From Alphaproteobacteria bacterium (GTDB lineage: Bacteria; Pseudomonadota; Alphaproteobacteria; UBA828), in assembly GCA_965214705.1 (NCBI GenBank), contig OZ243972.1, positions 2,432,001 to 2,496,000 on the forward strand: DNA of 64,000 nt, in the 5' to 3' direction. A program made the position numbers and the translations under genes. The notes beneath the pieces were generated by a model. It ran no database searches and was not told where the DNA came from. It saw only the letters and a list, made by a program, of their open reading frames with translations. How positions within the stretch are numbered: the first letter of the stretch is position 1; each line of letters starts with the position of its first letter. Of this stretch, positions 61,596 to 64,000 are shown one piece after another.

Positions 61596-61671
61596 GCGGT
61601 ACGCAGACCCCATACCGGAATCTGGCTTGACTACGACGGGGATTTCTTGAGGAGCGCCGTGAGCGCGCGAG

Positions 61672-63387
61672 TCATTTTGCCTCGGGCTGGAAGTTCCACG
61701 GCAGAAGCTCCTGGATGCCCGACTGCGGGTGGCCCTTGGCGATCTTCTCGAGCGTGCTCCGCATCCAGGCGTAGGGCTCGACGCCGTTCATCTTGCAGGT
61801 CTCGATCAGCGAGGCGATGCGGGCCCAGGCTTGCGCACCCTCGTCGTTGCCGGCGAAGAGCGCGTTCTTGGCGGTGAGCTTCAGCGGCCGGATTCGGTTT
61901 TCCACCAGGTTCGAGTCGATCTCGACACGACCGTCGTGCAGGAACTCCAGCAGCCCGTCCCACTGGTTGGCGATATAGGTCAGCTTCTCGCCGAGACGCG
62001 AGCGCGGTGAGACGCGCGAGCGCTGCTCGTCGAGCCAGACACCGAAGGTGTTCACGATCGGCGCCGACTCCTCCCAACGGATCGCGCGGCGCTCCGCCGG
62101 CGGCTTGCCCCGGATCTTCTTCTCGATCGCATAGAGCTTCGCGATCCGATTCAGACCGGCCAGCGCGATCGGCGATGCGCTCGAGTCGTATACCTCTTTC
62201 AGCTTCCGTCTTACATGCGCCCAACAGAGGGCCCGCGTCACAGGGCCTTCCGCCCGGTCCGGCCGCGCCAGGATGTTGTGGCCCGAGTAGCCGTCGAGCT
62301 GCACCGTCCCCGAAAAGCCCTCCATAAGCTCGGCGCCATACTTGCCGCCGCGGCCGGGCGCATAGCGATAGACGACGCCCGGCGGGTCCGTGCCGCTCCA
62401 GTGGCGCTCGTCACGCACAAGGGTCCACATGTAGCCCGTCTTCGTCTTGCCCCGGCCCGGGTCGAGAACGCGGATCGTGGTCTCGTCCAGACCCAGGTGA
62501 TCCGACTTCTTCAGCTCATCCTCCAGGCAAGCGACCACGGGGCGCAGGTGAAACGACGCCTGGCCCACCCACGTCGCCAGCGTCGCACGGTGAACCTCGA
62601 TCCCCGAGCGCTCGTAGATCTGCGACTGGCGATAGAGCGGGCAATGATCGCCGTACTTCGCGATCAGCACCTGCGCCAGAAGAGCCTCGGTGGGAAGGCC
62701 GCCCTCGACCAGAGCGGCCGGCGCCGGCGACTGCACCACCCCGCCCCCCTTGCACTTGTTGCAGGCGTAGCGGGGGCGCACGGTCTCGATGACGGTGAAC
62801 TTCGCCGGCTCATAGTCCAGCCGCTCGCTGCGGTCCTCGCCGATCTTCGTCATCTCGCCGCAGCCGCAGGGGCACATGATCGTGTCCGGCTCGATCACCT
62901 CCTCGCGCCGGTCGACCTGGGGCCCGAAGCGCACCCCGCTGCGCGACCCCCGGGAAGAGCGCCGCCGGCGCTTGCCGCCAGCCCCCTCGTCCTGCTCCTG
63001 GTCATCTGCCTCGGGCCGACCGCCGGCTTCAGCGATCGCCGCCCAAAACTCCTCGAACGTAAGCTGGCGCTCGTCCTCGCCGAGCTTCTCGGAGCGCGGA
63101 CCGAACAGCGCCTTCCTGAGCTCCTTGTTGAGATGCTCAAGCCGGCTGATCTGCTCCGCGCTCTGCGCGTTCTCGGCCTCCAGCCGTGCCGCCCGCGCTT
63201 CCGCCGTCTGCCTCGCCGCCTCCGCCGCGCCGCGTGCCTGCTCCGCTTCGCATAGGGCTGCTTCCGTCGCCCGGCGCGCCGCGCGCTCGTCGTCAAGCTC
63301 CGCATGCAGGGCCGCCAGCGCCGCCGAAACCACCGCAGGCGACGGCGAACCGGCGCTGCTGAGGGGTGAGGGCGTGACCTTCGGCAT
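61672..63387 (-). CDS. tnpC: IS66 family transposase TnpC
   Basis: LFGPRSEK, CPCGCG, KYGDHCPLYRQ, DET, DGYSG, CWAHVRRK and IDSNLVENRIRP motifs. Confidence 0.93.
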   Translation of the reverse strand: MPKVTPSPLSSAGSPSPAVVSAALAALHAELDDERAARRATEAALCEAEQARGAAEAARQTAEARAARLEAENAQSAEQISRLEHLNKELRKALFGPRSEKLGEDERQLTFEEFWAAIAEAGGRPEADDQEQDEGAGGKRRRRSSRGSRSGVRFGPQVDRREEVIEPDTIMCPCGCGEMTKIGEDRSERLDYEPAKFTVIETVRPRYACNKCKGGGVVQSPAPAALVEGGLPTEALLAQVLIAKYGDHCPLYRQSQIYERSGIEVHRATLATWVGQASFHLRPVVACLEDELKKSDHLGLDETTIRVLDPGRGKTKTGYMWTLVRDERHWSGTDPPGVVYRYAPGRGGKYGAELMEGFSGTVQLDGYSGHNILARPDRAEGPVTRALCWAHVRRKLKEVYDSSASPIALAGLNRIAKLYAIEKKIRGKPPAERRAIRWEESAPIVNTFGVWLDEQRSRVSPRSRLGEKLTYIANQWDGLLEFLHDGRVEIDSNLVENRIRPLKLTAKNALFAGNDEGAQAWARIASLIETCKMNGVEPYAWMRSTLEKIAKGHPQSGIQELLPWNFQPEAK

Positions 63388-63480
63388 GGGCCACCCCTTA
63401 ATCCGATTCGCCAATGCATGACCAGGGAAAAGTGCAGGCGGGACCGCGACCGAAATCTGCGGCCCCGCCTGCGTGCCGCC

Positions 63481-63831
63481 TCACTCCGCCGCCAGCGGGC
63501 GGCGAACCGGGCGGGCCTTCACCCGGCGCCAGTCCAGACCCTCGAAGAGGGCCTCGAACTGGCCCTTCGTAAGGCGCATCACACCATCCTCGATCCGAGG
63601 CCAGGCGAAGCGGCCCTGCTCCAGACGCTTGTAGGTCATCACCAGACCGCTGCCGTCCCACGCAAGGAGCTTGAGCCTGTCGCCGCGGCGCGAGCGGAAG
63701 ATCACGATCACCCCGGAATAGATATCGAGGTCCAGCTCCCCCGCCGCCGTCGCCGCAAGCGCGTCGTGGCCGCGACGAAAATCAACCGGCCGCGTCGCCA
63801 ACACGATGCGAAGCGAGGGGGCCGCGATCAT
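63481..63831 (-). CDS. tnpB: IS66 accessory protein TnpB
   Basis: PVDFRRGHDAL, FRSRRGDRLKLLAWDGSG and KRLEQGRFAWP motifs. Confidence 0.93.
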   Translation of the reverse strand: MIAAPSLRIVLATRPVDFRRGHDALAATAAGELDLDIYSGVIVIFRSRRGDRLKLLAWDGSGLVMTYKRLEQGRFAWPRIEDGVMRLTKGQFEALFEGLDWRRVKARPVRRPLAAE

Positions 63832-64000
63832 GACGACGCCCGGCCCAGGCCCGAGGCCACCGCAACAATCCGATCGACCGCGCTCTCCACCGGAAGGCGA
63901 ACGACCACGCCTAGCGCCTCGATCGCCACCGTCCGCTCGGACGTCACGCTATCAACCACCACGGGAACAAATGGCGGTGCAGAGCCACCAATCCGAGCGC
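63828..64000 (-). CDS. tnpA: 3' end of IS66 accessory protein TnpA (partial)
   Basis: Reads ...PPFVPVVVD...VVVRLP...RIVAVASGLGRASS*, with ATGA overlap to tnpB. Confidence 0.75.
   Translation of the reverse strand, partial: ARIGGSAPPFVPVVVDSVTSERTVAIEALGVVVRLPVESAVDRIVAVASGLGRASS

Larger units (their letters stand above)
61592..64000 (-). mobile_element. IS66-family insertion sequence (runs off window)
   Basis: GTAAGCG terminus at 61592; tnpA-tnpB-tnpC order on the minus strand. Confidence 0.9.

Overview
High-GC window from an alphaproteobacterium, judged from the conserved metK-trmB-rimP-nusA-ylxR-infB-rbfA-truB-rpsO-pnp order plus coq7; a host-associated lifestyle is only an inference from the plant-type LRR protein and the load of mobile DNA. 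About 1-24 kb and 36-51 kb hold accessory catabolic and redox genes with an N-heterocycle/ureide theme: dihydropyrimidinase, allantoinase-like and carbamoylase enzymes, a NicF-like amidase, two MHPCO-like flavin oxygenases, three LLM oxidoreductases and a BMP-type nucleoside ABC transporter. These are interrupted by HicAB and HigBA toxin-antitoxin modules, an IS1634 that splits a dehydrogenase gene, a 149-bp IS5-type MITE and an orphan Mu gp27-like gene beside REP-like hairpin repeats. About 24.4-35.8 kb is ordinary housekeeping. From about 51.56 kb a stack of mobile DNA begins: two tandem arm-type tyrosine integrases that truncate an oxygenase, a composite hairpin MITE with an 8-bp flanking repeat, and a tyrosine recombinase plus IS91-like HUH element bounded by 16-bp perfect inverted repeats. 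Next is the most unusual gene, an O-antigen ligase/polymerase-like membrane domain followed by at least seven Cys-capped plant-type LRR modules, partly from recent 471-bp tandem duplications, and cut by IS66. Also notable: HicAB is bracketed by a 31-bp duplication of a neighbouring gene's 3' end, and an SDR gene appears to start at ACG. No rRNA, tRNA or CRISPR array was seen. All family calls come from motif recognition, not database searches.
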